A stretch of 64,000 bases of DNA from assembly GCA_002245135.1 (NCBI GenBank), contig NGBS01000901.1, forward strand, positions 1 through 64,000, in the 5' to 3' direction. The translations under genes and the position numbers were made by a program. Positions 1 through 11,770 of this stretch are shown piece by piece; the first letter of the stretch is position 1; each line of letters begins with the position of its first letter. The DNA is from Proteromonas lacertae (taxonomy: Eukaryota). The notes under the pieces are model-generated. The model saw only the letters and a program-made list of their open reading frames with translations, was not told the origin of the DNA and did not search any database.

Positions 1-1287
1 CATTTGTTGGTATTTGAAATTATGAAACTTGATGAAAGTATCTGGAGGTGGAAATTGACGAATGATTCCTTTTTGTAATTGACAATTCTCTTTCTGATGT
101 TGAATTATCATATCAGCTGTTGATAAAGTACAGAAACAATACTGGCATCTGGTATAATAATTATGACACCTTTTACCAGAAGGTGATAGGAAGGCTTCTA
201 ACTTTGTTATTACCATATAATGATCTTTGTATATTAACAGGTTCACATGAGGCCAGTGTTTTCTTTTATCTATGTTGGTAACGTATAAAGGTATTGGTTC
301 ATTCTGGTCTATTGTAAATATATTGATAGTAATATGATTCAGCTGTTCAAACTCGTCAATTCTGTCACTATCATTAATTGCATCTACTGGAAACCTTAAA
401 CTACTTACATCCATTAAGTCTACATACTGTTTATATTTCATTGCTCTGTTACGGTGGTCTTTGAACTCTATATAGTGTAAACCAGCTGCCACGCTAAATA
501 AAAAGCACATATTCTTACATTCTTCACTATATCTTACTAAATTAATAACGCACTTTCTATTGTTGAGGCTTGCTGGTAACTTTATGTTGTCATCTTCTGT
601 AGATGATCCAGCAGCCATTGAACTTTTCATCAGTATCATCTCTACCTTCTTAATATATCTGAACTTTAGTTCAGATCTTTCAGTGTTGAAAATTGAACCT
701 AAATCTCGAATCATGGCATTGTTTAACTTTGAACCAATTGTACCTAACTCTTGAGAAGTTATAATTTCTGGCGCTGTTTCGAATGTTTTGTAACAACTTA
801 CTTGTGCATTGGCTGGTTCATCGGATCCTATATAACCTACTCTGAATCTGAAATACACTTTTATATAAGAAAATTTCTTCTCATTTATGTAGTTACGTAT
901 GGTAACCATAAAATCACTTGATGCATTGCAGATTTGGGTAAACAAATCCTCAGGTTTCTTTCCATCTTCTTCATTTATAATCTTCTCGTAGGTACGTTCG
1001 TAGTCTCTACTGCTTCTCTCTACAAGTTGTAACAAACTTACTCTTTCAGGATGTGACATTGTTTTCAACTGCTCTGGATGATTATCAACAACATCCAGAG
1101 CAATCATTTCTTCCTGTAGCTGCCTTCTTCTTTCAACATCTGTAGTTGATTGAGGATGTATTTCAGGAATTGGTCCATCATTAATTGGTGAAAGTGTTGG
1201 TGGATCTTCAGGAGGAGGTGTATCTGGCAATAAATCATCTGGATTTCTGCTAATCGCTGTATTTTTGGAGGTGGAGGAGGTGGTTGA
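1..1287 (-). CDS. Polinton-type protein-primed DNA polymerase B, N-terminal region (partial; first ATG at 1107)
   Basis: Open frame from 1287 to base 1, hand-translated: GSS..IKLPASLNNRKCVINL..KNMCFLFSVAAGLH..KYKQY..LRFPV..IDEFEQLNHITINIF..HVNLLIYKDHYMVITKL..CQYC..H..C..FIKFHNF. This matches the motif series (LP..L..K..VIN / CF.WS..A.LH / FPV / FE..N.I.INVF / HY..I / zinc finger / KF.N) that precedes the exonuclease domain in Polinton/adintovirus pPolB. Confidence 0.8.
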
Positions 1288-1622
1288 TCAATTACAATTG
1301 AAGATGTTGTTCTTCTTCTTGGTGTTATGAAACTAGTTCCATTAGTACTTCTAGTAGTGTTTGATTGTTGCTGTTGTTGTTGCTGCTGCTGCTGAGGTTG
1401 TTGTGGATGTTGATTTAATGATCCTACATAATATGGTGGAGGATAGTAATAGGATGGTGGTGGTGGGATAGCTGGAGTAAAATAAGGGTTCATCCAGGGA
1501 TTAAAATAACTTTGTGGCAACATTGGAATCTGATTTGCTTGACTATTGCCTTGAATAGGCATAGAAGTACTTGGAGACTGGTAATACCACGGATTAAACC
1601 AAGGAGGATAGCTGGGATACAT
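1104..1622 (-). CDS. Pro/Gln/Tyr-rich ORF upstream of the pPolB frame; possibly its frameshifted N-terminus
   Basis: 172-aa ORF. Overlaps the pPolB frame over 1104-1287, and its TGA overlaps the ATG at 1107 (ATGA). Confidence 0.55.
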   Translation of the reverse strand: MYPSYPPWFNPWYYQSPSTSMPIQGNSQANQIPMLPQSYFNPWMNPYFTPAIPPPPSYYYPPPYYVGSLNQHPQQPQQQQQQQQQQSNTTRSTNGTSFITPRRRTTSSIVIDQPPPPPPKIQRLAEIQMIYCQIHLLLKIHQHFHQLMMDQFLKYILNQLQMLKEEGSYRKK

Positions 1623-1819
1623 TAGAACCTATAAAAACGAGAAAGATATAAATATACCCAATAAAATAACTCCAAATGTATTAATATGATTTGCTAATTG
1701 AAATTCCTTGATAATCAAGGAGTTGTAATAATATAGTTAATTTTTTTTCTTTGATTATCAAAGAAATAATTAACTTTACTTTTAATTGATTGTTTTTTTG
1801 ATTTTTTTACTATATTAAA

Positions 1820-2233
1820 ATGCGTCATTTTGTTTATCAGAGAGATATAACAATGGTTCAAGAAGAAATACCATTTTGGATCAAAGTTTTTAATAGCATT
1901 AGAGAATTAGCATTAAATGGATATACAGAAGTTCATTTCTTATGTTATTTAGAAGAGAGCATAGCTAATCTAGCAAAGTTAAAAGCTATACTAGACAAAG
2001 TTAAGCATTATTATACTAATCAGTATGCAACGAAAAAAAGATTGGAAATTATCACATATTTAGATAATATTAGAAAAGATGGTAATAGATTTAAGAAAGA
2101 ATTAATTGAGAATAATCAATTATTTATTGATAACAAATTAGATTACGCAGTTAATGGATTACTATCTTTATTATGTGATGCTTTAGCAGCTAGAGTGAAA
2201 ATGGATGCAGATATCAAAAAAAGAAGTAAGTAA
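1820..2233 (+). CDS. Hypothetical protein within the Polinton-like element
   Basis: 137-aa intronless ATG ORF with normal composition, divergent from the pPolB locus. Confidence 0.6.
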   Translation: MRHFVYQRDITMVQEEIPFWIKVFNSIRELALNGYTEVHFLCYLEESIANLAKLKAILDKVKHYYTNQYATKKRLEIITYLDNIRKDGNRFKKELIENNQLFIDNKLDYAVNGLLSLLCDALAARVKMDADIKKRSK

Positions 2234-2354
2234 TTATGAATTTATCTAATTATGATTAAATAATTATATATTTTAAATACTAATACAGAGATTAATTAAA
2301 ATAAAAAGAAGACTGTGTGTTTTTAAGGGTTTATTTAAAATAACATAAAAAATC

Positions 2355-2473
2355 CATAACCGATTCTTCTTACCCTTTCTTTTTTTCACTTCCTTACTTA
2401 GGGAAAGTGAAGTCGATCACTTTTCTCTAGGTAAATAAGTGAAAAAAAGAAAGGGAAAGGAAAATCGATTATG
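2355..2473. repeat. Imperfect ~55-bp-stem hairpin in the subterminal region
   Basis: cataaccgattcttcttaccctttctttttttcactt...gaaagtga pairs with tcactttt...aagtgaaaaaaagaaagggaaaggaaaatcgattatg. Confidence 0.8.
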
Positions 2474-2837
2474 AAATCCGCATTTCAAAAACTAAATGAG
2501 TAAAAGAAAAGGGAAAGTGAAAACAAGGGAAAGTGAAAACGAGTCTTAGGTGGTGTATATGGCCTTCCTAAGCTTTATATCAGTCTCTATAACATAATTG
2601 AACAAATGTTTACAACGGACGGCAGTTACACCGTCAGTTACACGTCAGTTATGTAACTGACATGTAACGGATTCATAACGACCGTTAAAACCGTTGTACA
2701 AATGAACGGTTATTGAATAAAATGAAAAATAAGAAAAATGAAACGAATATATGAATTTTAGCCTCGGGTCCAGCGTCAAGCCTCGTGGTCTAGCGTCAAG
2801 CCATTTTGGGTCTGTAGCCCTTAATATATATTATTAT

Positions 2838-5800
2838 GATTGGCATTTGGTTACTGATTAAAGACTAAAGAAAAATGAAAAGATTTTTAAAAATGAAGTG
2901 TTTTTGTAAAGTAATGTGTTTTTCAAGATTGTTTAAGGTTTAAAATGGCATATTTGTAACGATATTTTTTACTTTATAATAATTTAAATATATATTTATG
3001 TTTATATACTTAAAAAAACACAATTAATTAAAAGATTCTAGCATAAATCTATGCCATAATCAATATCTTCTTCACTTTCCTCCATAAGTTTTTTAGCAAA
3101 AATTCCTGGCTTGGGAGCTGGTAATTTCAAATGTTTTACTACACTCAATACCTGTGGTTCTAAATTGTCAAAGCAATTACTCTCTCTCATTTTATTCCAT
3201 CCCTCTTCATCCATTTTTTCAAATATTCTTAACATTGATTTTTCTATTTCAAATTCTTTAGTCTTTAGGTATTCTAAACACTTTGAATGTTCTTCAAAAG
3301 CTGTTACTGCACTGTCAAAATCATTTTCTCCTAAAGTCAATATTATTTCAGTTTCATATAATATCCATCTAATAATATAAATATATATTGTTATACATAT
3401 TATTTGGTTGGTTTAGTTTTGTATAAATATCAATCATATCTTTATTTATTTTTATAGCTTCTGAATATAGTCCTTTCTTTAATTCTAGTGATAATAAGTA
3501 TGAATGAGCATAAATTGAATGAATTTCTATTTCATTCTCATTATACAAACTACAAGCTTCTTTTGCTAACTTTATTGTTTTATCTATATCAAATCTTTCA
3601 TACATTTTAGCTGCTTTTATCAATGCTTTACATGAATCTTCTGGTTTGTTTGCATCTCTATAATAACTTGCAGCTTGTTTATATGCATTTCCTGCATCTA
3701 CACTATCTTGTAGTTCATTTGTTTGGGAAAGTAATAATGCTGCTTTTTGAATTTTTTCTCCTGCAATAAATAAAGCACCACTCTATATTATATTTGTATT
3801 GGTTATATACATACTTTATATTCACAATCAGCTGATAATTTGTAATAAACTATTGCATTTCTATTTTGTCCAATTACTTCATAACACTTTGCTGCTTTCT
3901 CATACAGTTTTGCAGCCTAAAATTAATCTGGTTCTCTTTGTAATTCTTTATATCTGATACTAATAACACATATAATTGAATAATAATACAACTCTTCGGC
4001 TCTTTAGCTTCATGTAATTTCTTAAAAGTAAAATTACTCATTATATAAAGGTTAGATGAATCAAACCTAAAGCTTGATAACAAAAAAATAATGAAAGAAT
4101 ATACTCAAAAATTGATATTAATTGTTATTAATATATAATTAAAAAATCATACTAAACTTTAATCACAGCATAACTATTAATCTATTGATTAACCTGTGTT
4201 ACACTATACTATTACTATAAATAAAGACTTAATTATACATAAATTCGCTTTTTAATTTATTTTGCTGTAGTTATTGTATAATTAATCAGAATTTTAAAAA
4301 ATGAAATGAAAATGTTTGAGAAAGCTTGATATTTCAATTCAAAAATGTGAGTAAATAAGACAATTACATAAAATATTACATTAAAATAATTGAGAGGTTG
4401 TGAATTGTTCAAAAATAGTAATATATGTGTTACATGGAATGATTTGATTAATTTAGAGGATTAGATAGAAATATATCCAATATCTAAGTAATTGTCTATT
4501 TGTTAGTTTAAATGAAGTATTACTTCGCTGTGAGATATATATAAATGTAAAAAACAAACAAAAATATAACTACTAAATAAAATAATATAAAAAGACTTTT
4601 ATGTATGTATATTTTATTACTTTTCTATACACTCAACTGACAAATAACACTCGAACTAATCTGTTTAAATATCCAACTATCACCAACACATTTCTTTAGT
4701 GTTACACAAGTACTACTACTTGAATTCTCTTTCAAATTTACTTCAAATGTAATTCCCATCTTATCACAAATCAATTTATCACTTGTTTCACATTGTAGAT
4801 TTATACTCAACTCTTTTATTATCTTTCTACACATTATACTCACTTCACTCAAAGATTTCTTCACACTTACTGTCATCTCATTCAATTCTACTATTCTTCT
4901 TCCATTTCGAGTTCCAGGTCGACTATTTGATGTTATTGGAGGTTTGGGAGAGCTTGATCTGGGTGAACTACTCAAATTAATTCCATTTACACCAACTGCT
5001 CTTGGACTACTCACTTTCTTATTATTACTACTGCTATTTACATTCATTCTGGCTGATTGAGCATAAGGTGATACATATCTTTCACCATAATTAGGAGTAT
5101 TAATTCGATCTCTTGCAGATATTGCTCCTTCTCGACTATTCATTTGTATTGTTCCTCTTGCTTGGGATTGTGGTTGTTGAGATGATTGTGGAGGTGGCCG
5201 AGGTACTAAAAATGCATTTGTTGGAATTATTGGATTTAATCTTGGACTATATTCCATTGAAGAAACTGGTCTTTGCTTTATTGGGATTGATGGAATTATT
5301 GGTCGATGTGGTTGTATTGGTTGTTTTGATTGTTGTTGTTGTTGTTGTTGTTGTCCTGTTGTTCCTCTTGGAGATGATTGTTTAACTGATGGTAAATCAT
5401 TTTCATTATTAGTAGTTGGAGTATTATCTGTTGTTTTACTTGTTGATATTGATGTGGAAGGTCTTTGTTCATTATTATTATTATCATTAGTTGCATTAAT
5501 TACTATTAAGTTTTCTACTTCATTATTATTACTATTATCTTTGGTATTTGTATTATTATTATTATTTCTATAAAACAGTTTATTATTCTTCAAATCTTGT
5601 ATTTGTAATGGTTCTAAGGTTATTGCTTCATTCGCTTTGTTAGTCTCTGCAATTGTTGTTGTTGTTGTATTATTCTCATTTTCATTCTTTGGCTTTTCTT
5701 TATGAATAACATATGGACTAGATTTAGCTACTCCTAATTGTTTTCGATTAGCTGGAAGTCCTTCACGATGGATTTTCTTCTTTAATAAGTAATAAGTGGC

Positions 5801-5921
5801 TGTATATTCATTATGTAAATTCTTTTCGATTGATTCAATTGCTTTGTTTTTATCTAAGTCTAAATCTACAAGCCAATTTATTATATTTTCATCAATTATT
5901 TCATGATGAATACAATCTTCA
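2838..5921. repeat. Left arm of 3084-bp inverted segmental duplication
   Basis: Reverse complement of 8696-11779 (coordinates sum to 14617). The ORF-track translations are identical in both arms. Confidence 0.95.
3038..4041 (-). CDS. Gamma-SNAP-like (NSF attachment protein) copy 1, intron-containing
   Basis: Mirror image of 10576-11579. Confidence 0.65.
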
Positions 5922-6868
5922 GGATATTGAGGTATATACGACAATACTTGAGTATACCATTTATGTTTACGAATATCATTCATTGTATATCGCTTGTTTG
6001 GATCAGTCTCTAAGATTTTATGTAATAAATCTTTCACTTCATGAGATAAATAATTGGGAGTTTGATATTGCCCACTTAATATCTTTCTATATAAAACTGC
6101 AGTGTTATCATCTTCAAATGGTAAATATCCACAAACCATTGCAAATAATACAACTCCTAAACTCCAAATATCTACACAAGACCCACTATATTTCTTACCA
6201 GCTATCATCTCAGGAGCAGCATAACAAGGTGAACCACAGGCTGTTTTTAACAAAATATCACCTTCATATGTATTACTTAAACCAAAATCGATTAATTTTA
6301 CAGTATAAAAATCTTTATTTCTTTCAAGTAATATGTTTTCTGGTTTTAAATCTCTATGACATACTTTCAGTTTATGAACATAATCTAATGATTCAACGAT
6401 TTGATGGAAGAACCGACAAGCATCTCTCTCATTAATTCTACCATGATTGACTATATAATCAAATAGTTCGCCACTATCAGCATATTCCATAATAAGATAA
6501 ATATGATGAGCTGTATCTATTATTTCGTATAGTTGAGTTACATAGGGATGATAGGTTTTCTTAAAAATCTTTATTTCTCTCCTTACTCTCTCTATATCTG
6601 ATGCATCTACAATTTTACTTTTCTCGAGTATTTTTACTGCAACTTTCTCACCTGTGAGTATATGAGTACCAATCTTAACTTTTCCGAAAGTTCCTTTACC
6701 AATACGCTTACCTAATACATATTTGCCTATTGTTCTATTTCCTTCATTGCTTTCTTGATTCTCAGCTGATGGTGGAACATCTGCAGATTTTATTTCTGAT
6801 TTATTTACATATTGCGTACCACGTCTTGTTGGTCGTGTTCTAGGTTGATAATGAGCTCTAGCTGACAT
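4625..6868 (-). CDS. SNF1/AMPK/MARK-family Ser/Thr kinase with UBA-like and C-terminal KA1-like regions
   Basis: GKGTFGKV, VAVK, HRDLKPEN, DFG, TACGSPCYAAPE; C-terminal FEV...GDSWIFKQI. Confidence 0.92.
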   Translation of the reverse strand: MSARAHYQPRTRPTRRGTQYVNKSEIKSADVPPSAENQESNEGNRTIGKYVLGKRIGKGTFGKVKIGTHILTGEKVAVKILEKSKIVDASDIERVRREIKIFKKTYHPYVTQLYEIIDTAHHIYLIMEYADSGELFDYIVNHGRINERDACRFFHQIVESLDYVHKLKVCHRDLKPENILLERNKDFYTVKLIDFGLSNTYEGDILLKTACGSPCYAAPEMIAGKKYSGSCVDIWSLGVVLFAMVCGYLPFEDDNTAVLYRKILSGQYQTPNYLSHEVKDLLHKILETDPNKRYTMNDIRKHKWYTQVLSYIPQYPEDCIHHEIIDENIINWLVDLDLDKNKAIESIEKNLHNEYTATYYLLKKKIHREGLPANRKQLGVAKSSPYVIHKEKPKNENENNTTTTTIAETNKANEAITLEPLQIQDLKNNKLFYRNNNNNTNTKDNSNNNEVENLIVINATNDNNNNEQRPSTSISTSKTTDNTPTTNNENDLPSVKQSSPRGTTGQQQQQQQQSKQPIQPHRPIIPSIPIKQRPVSSMEYSPRLNPIIPTNAFLVPRPPPQSSQQPQSQARGTIQMNSREGAISARDRINTPNYGERYVSPYAQSARMNVNSSSNNKKVSSPRAVGVNGINLSSSPRSSSPKPPITSNSRPGTRNGRRIVELNEMTVSVKKSLSEVSIMCRKIIKELSINLQCETSDKLICDKMGITFEVNLKENSSSSTCVTLKKCVGDSWIFKQISSSVICQLSV

Positions 6869-7145
6869 ATATTAAAAAATGTAACAGTTATAAAAAATAT
6901 TCAAGCAAAATGCTTGACTGTTATTTTTTTTTGATTATTCTGTCAGTCGTAATAATAAACGAATCAAATATATTAATATCAATAGCAAGACACTTACATC
7001 TTGCGCAGTATGAGTTATGGATTATATTGTCAAATTATTTATATCAGCGTGAATGAAAATATACATGAAATGAATTTATCTATAGTTTATGGTTGAACTA
7101 TTATTCTAAATTATAACATATCGTTATTACTTTTCAGAATTATTA

Positions 7146-7390
7146 ATGAATAACTATTATGCAGAAGCCTTAGATAAAGATGATTTTGCATTTATGCAAA
7201 AAGGATTATTTCTTGCAGATATAAGTTACTTTTCACAATAAATTTAAAAAGATCCTACAAATGGTATTTATTACACTGATAGATGTGCTACATATCTAGC
7301 ACAAGGAGAAATAGATAAAAGAATGAAAGATGGAATAAAAGGAGTTGAATTTTCTGATAATGTAGTTAATATGGATTATTTGATGTACAA
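7146..7390 (+). pseudogene. Degraded TPR-protein fragment
   Basis: DPTNGIYYTDRCATYLAQGEIDKRMKDGIKGVE resembles a TPR repeat; flanking frames are interrupted. Confidence 0.35.
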
Positions 7391-7619
7391 GGTCAAAAAA
7401 AACTCATAAGTATTACATTACAAACAATTCCTCCCAAAATGTATGGATATTATTATAGTAAAGAAGTAATAAATTATTCAATTAACAATGAATATGGTAA
7501 CAATTGGAGAAAAACACATGATGCATATATGATTAGCTAAATGATGTTAATATTTCATCTATTTGAAGATAAAAATGCAATGGAAATATAGTTTAATAAT
7601 TATTAAGAGTTAAAATTTT

Positions 7620-8695
7620 TTAAGTTTCATGGCAAAAGGATAATAATTCTACAGAACTACCACATGCTCCAGCTTGAATACATGGATATAATGGAGAAGG
7701 TAAATCTTTAACAAGTAAAACAGGATCTGAATTATCATGACTAATCCAAAATTCTCTTTTATTCATATCAACAATCACTTCATAAATTGAACCATCTCCA
7801 TGATTATTGAAATTTGGATTATTATTAACAACTGTTCCAATATGACAATCACCTGTAACATCTTGATTTTTACCTTCATATACAAAAGAACAACATGAAC
7901 TATAATAAAAATTATTAATATCACCATTACATATTTTTGTACATAATAATAACGCAATTTCATTATATCTTGATCTGTTTCTGTTGAATTTATATCTAAT
8001 ACTATAAATTCCATATTCCATTTTTATATTTATAAAACAATGATACAAATTACCGCTTGTATTTGTTATTGTTTTACTATCTTTACTAATTGTTATATAG
8101 ATACTTTTATATTCTTCAGAAAATATTACTTCTTCATAATAAATAAAAGATACTCGAAATTCCATAAAGTTTATGATATTTTCACATTTTACTGTATATT
8201 CTATTTTATCTAGTTCATTATTAATAAAGCCTCTAATCTCTCCTGTATATGGATCTATTACAATATCCATTCACCTTTATTGACATAGAGGGGTATGAAA
8301 AATAAGTGATTCTATCAATAAATTCTGAAATAATTCCTTTATTAATTGTTGTATTCATCATAATTTTAATGTCATTCTCTGACATATTTTGGCTTTCAAT
8401 AAAATTAATCACTATTCTTTTAAAATAACTTGGTAGATAATTAATATAATCTAATATATGATATAACATTTCCATCCCACATAAATTGTGTATTCTATAT
8501 ATACAATCATTATCTCTAATTAATAAACAAAAACATTTATAGATTCTTTTTCTTTTATTTAATCTATATTCATTTAATAATAACATTATTATATCAGCTA
8601 TCTCTTCTGTGCTAATTATGTCATTTAATTTTTCTATCATCATTCCACTATCAAAAATTATCATCATCCCAATTTCTTTCATTTTTATATCTTCG
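7620..8695 (-). pseudogene. 5'-truncated member of a BTB/SPRY-like family (C-terminal SPRY-like region)
   Basis: Begins EDIKMKEIG at the duplication junction and is homologous to 17575-17890. Frameshift near 8250. C-terminus DGSIYEVIVDMNKREFWIS..LPSPLYPCI is SPRY-like. Confidence 0.55.
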
Positions 8696-9992
8696 TGAAG
8701 ATTGTATTCATCATGAAATAATTGATGAAAATATAATAAATTGGCTTGTAGATTTAGACTTAGATAAAAACAAAGCAATTGAATCAATCGAAAAGAATTT
8801 ACATAATGAATATACAGCCACTTATTACTTATTAAAGAAGAAAATCCATCGTGAAGGACTTCCAGCTAATCGAAAACAATTAGGAGTAGCTAAATCTAGT
8901 CCATATGTTATTCATAAAGAAAAGCCAAAGAATGAAAATGAGAATAATACAACAACAACAACAATTGCAGAGACTAACAAAGCGAATGAAGCAATAACCT
9001 TAGAACCATTACAAATACAAGATTTGAAGAATAATAAACTGTTTTATAGAAATAATAATAATAATACAAATACCAAAGATAATAGTAATAATAATGAAGT
9101 AGAAAACTTAATAGTAATTAATGCAACTAATGATAATAATAATAATGAACAAAGACCTTCCACATCAATATCAACAAGTAAAACAACAGATAATACTCCA
9201 ACTACTAATAATGAAAATGATTTACCATCAGTTAAACAATCATCTCCAAGAGGAACAACAGGACAACAACAACAACAACAACAACAATCAAAACAACCAA
9301 TACAACCACATCGACCAATAATTCCATCAATCCCAATAAAGCAAAGACCAGTTTCTTCAATGGAATATAGTCCAAGATTAAATCCAATAATTCCAACAAA
9401 TGCATTTTTAGTACCTCGGCCACCTCCACAATCATCTCAACAACCACAATCCCAAGCAAGAGGAACAATACAAATGAATAGTCGAGAAGGAGCAATATCT
9501 GCAAGAGATCGAATTAATACTCCTAATTATGGTGAAAGATATGTATCACCTTATGCTCAATCAGCCAGAATGAATGTAAATAGCAGTAGTAATAATAAGA
9601 AAGTGAGTAGTCCAAGAGCAGTTGGTGTAAATGGAATTAATTTGAGTAGTTCACCCAGATCAAGCTCTCCCAAACCTCCAATAACATCAAATAGTCGACC
9701 TGGAACTCGAAATGGAAGAAGAATAGTAGAATTGAATGAGATGACAGTAAGTGTGAAGAAATCTTTGAGTGAAGTGAGTATAATGTGTAGAAAGATAATA
9801 AAAGAGTTGAGTATAAATCTACAATGTGAAACAAGTGATAAATTGATTTGTGATAAGATGGGAATTACATTTGAAGTAAATTTGAAAGAGAATTCAAGTA
9901 GTAGTACTTGTGTAACACTAAAGAAATGTGTTGGTGATAGTTGGATATTTAAACAGATTAGTTCGAGTGTTATTTGTCAGTTGAGTGTATAG
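8696..9992 (+). pseudogene. 5'-truncated SNF1/AMPK-like copy lacking the kinase domain
   Basis: Matches the 3' half of 4625-6868 and starts after the kinase domain. Confidence 0.85.
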
Positions 9993-10575
9993 AAAAGTAA
10001 TAAAATATACATACATAAAAGTCTTTTTATATTATTTTATTTAGTAGTTATATTTTTGTTTGTTTTTTACATTTATATATATCTCACAGCGAAGTAATAC
10101 TTCATTTAAACTAACAAATAGACAATTACTTAGATATTGGATATATTTCTATCTAATCCTCTAAATTAATCAAATCATTCCATGTAACACATATATTACT
10201 ATTTTTGAACAATTCACAACCTCTCAATTATTTTAATGTAATATTTTATGTAATTGTCTTATTTACTCACATTTTTGAATTGAAATATCAAGCTTTCTCA
10301 AACATTTTCATTTCATTTTTTAAAATTCTGATTAATTATACAATAACTACAGCAAAATAAATTAAAAAGCGAATTTATGTATAATTAAGTCTTTATTTAT
10401 AGTAATAGTATAGTGTAACACAGGTTAATCAATAGATTAATAGTTATGCTGTGATTAAAGTTTAGTATGATTTTTTAATTATATATTAATAACAATTAAT
10501 ATCAATTTTTGAGTATATTCTTTCATTATTTTTTTGTTATCAAGCTTTAGGTTTGATTCATCTAACCTTTATATA

Positions 10576-11579
10576 ATGAGTAATTTTACTTTTAAGAAAT
10601 TACATGAAGCTAAAGAGCCGAAGAGTTGTATTATTATTCAATTATATGTGTTATTAGTATCAGATATAAAGAATTACAAAGAGAACCAGATTAATTTTAG
10701 GCTGCAAAACTGTATGAGAAAGCAGCAAAGTGTTATGAAGTAATTGGACAAAATAGAAATGCAATAGTTTATTACAAATTATCAGCTGATTGTGAATATA
10801 AAGTATGTATATAACCAATACAAATATAATATAGAGTGGTGCTTTATTTATTGCAGGAGAAAAAATTCAAAAAGCAGCATTATTACTTTCCCAAACAAAT
10901 GAACTACAAGATAGTGTAGATGCAGGAAATGCATATAAACAAGCTGCAAGTTATTATAGAGATGCAAACAAACCAGAAGATTCATGTAAAGCATTGATAA
11001 AAGCAGCTAAAATGTATGAAAGATTTGATATAGATAAAACAATAAAGTTAGCAAAAGAAGCTTGTAGTTTGTATAATGAGAATGAAATAGAAATTCATTC
11101 AATTTATGCTCATTCATACTTATTATCACTAGAATTAAAGAAAGGACTATATTCAGAAGCTATAAAAATAAATAAAGATATGATTGATATTTATACAAAA
11201 CTAAACCAACCAAATAATATGTATAACAATATATATTTATATTATTAGATGGATATTATATGAAACTGAAATAATATTGACTTTAGGAGAAAATGATTTT
11301 GACAGTGCAGTAACAGCTTTTGAAGAACATTCAAAGTGTTTAGAATACCTAAAGACTAAAGAATTTGAAATAGAAAAATCAATGTTAAGAATATTTGAAA
11401 AAATGGATGAAGAGGGATGGAATAAAATGAGAGAGAGTAATTGCTTTGACAATTTAGAACCACAGGTATTGAGTGTAGTAAAACATTTGAAATTACCAGC
11501 TCCCAAGCCAGGAATTTTTGCTAAAAAACTTATGGAGGAAAGTGAAGAAGATATTGATTATGGCATAGATTTATGCTAG
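10576..11579 (+). CDS. Gamma-SNAP-like (NSF attachment protein) copy 2, intron-containing
   Basis: Spliced frame AAKLYEKAAKCY..AGEKIQKAA..AYKQAASYYRDANKPEDSCKALIKAAK; acidic C-terminus ending IDLC. Introns ~10803-10834 and 11221-11248; first intron uncertain. Confidence 0.65.
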
Positions 11580-11770
11580 AATCTTTTAATTAATTGTGTT
11601 TTTTTAAGTATATAAACATAAATATATATTTAAATTATTATAAAGTAAAAAATATCGTTACAAATATGCCATTTTAAACCTTAAACAATCTTGAAAAACA
11701 CATTACTTTACAAAAACACTTCATTTTTAAAAATCTTTTCATTTTTCTTTAGTCTTTAATCAGTAACCAA

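Larger units (their letters stand above)
1..2837. mobile_element. Right-hand end of a Polinton/Maverick-like DNA element (continues beyond window start)
   Basis: Contains a pPolB-like N-terminal ORF, no evident introns and higher GC than flanking host DNA. Has a repeat/hairpin-rich subterminal region. The terminus reads 5'-ATAATAATATATATTAAGGG on the minus strand, resembling the terminus of the 19847-21610 element. Confidence 0.75.

Noticed and set aside
5320..5355. (GTT)n/(CAA)n and (AAT)n runs as functional repeats
   Set aside because: Ordinary poly-Gln/Asn coding tracts in an AT-rich genome.
8696..8787. Start of ORF 8233-8787 as a real N-terminus
   Set aside because: Its first ~30 codons are the antisense of the duplicated SNF1 segment, a product of the junction.
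10685..10705. In-frame TAA and TAG in SNAP-like frame (EPD*F*AAKLYEK), suggesting stop-codon reassignment
   Set aside because: A 44-nt phase-0 GT-AG intron (10657-10700) would remove both, and other long ORFs in the window use the standard code.
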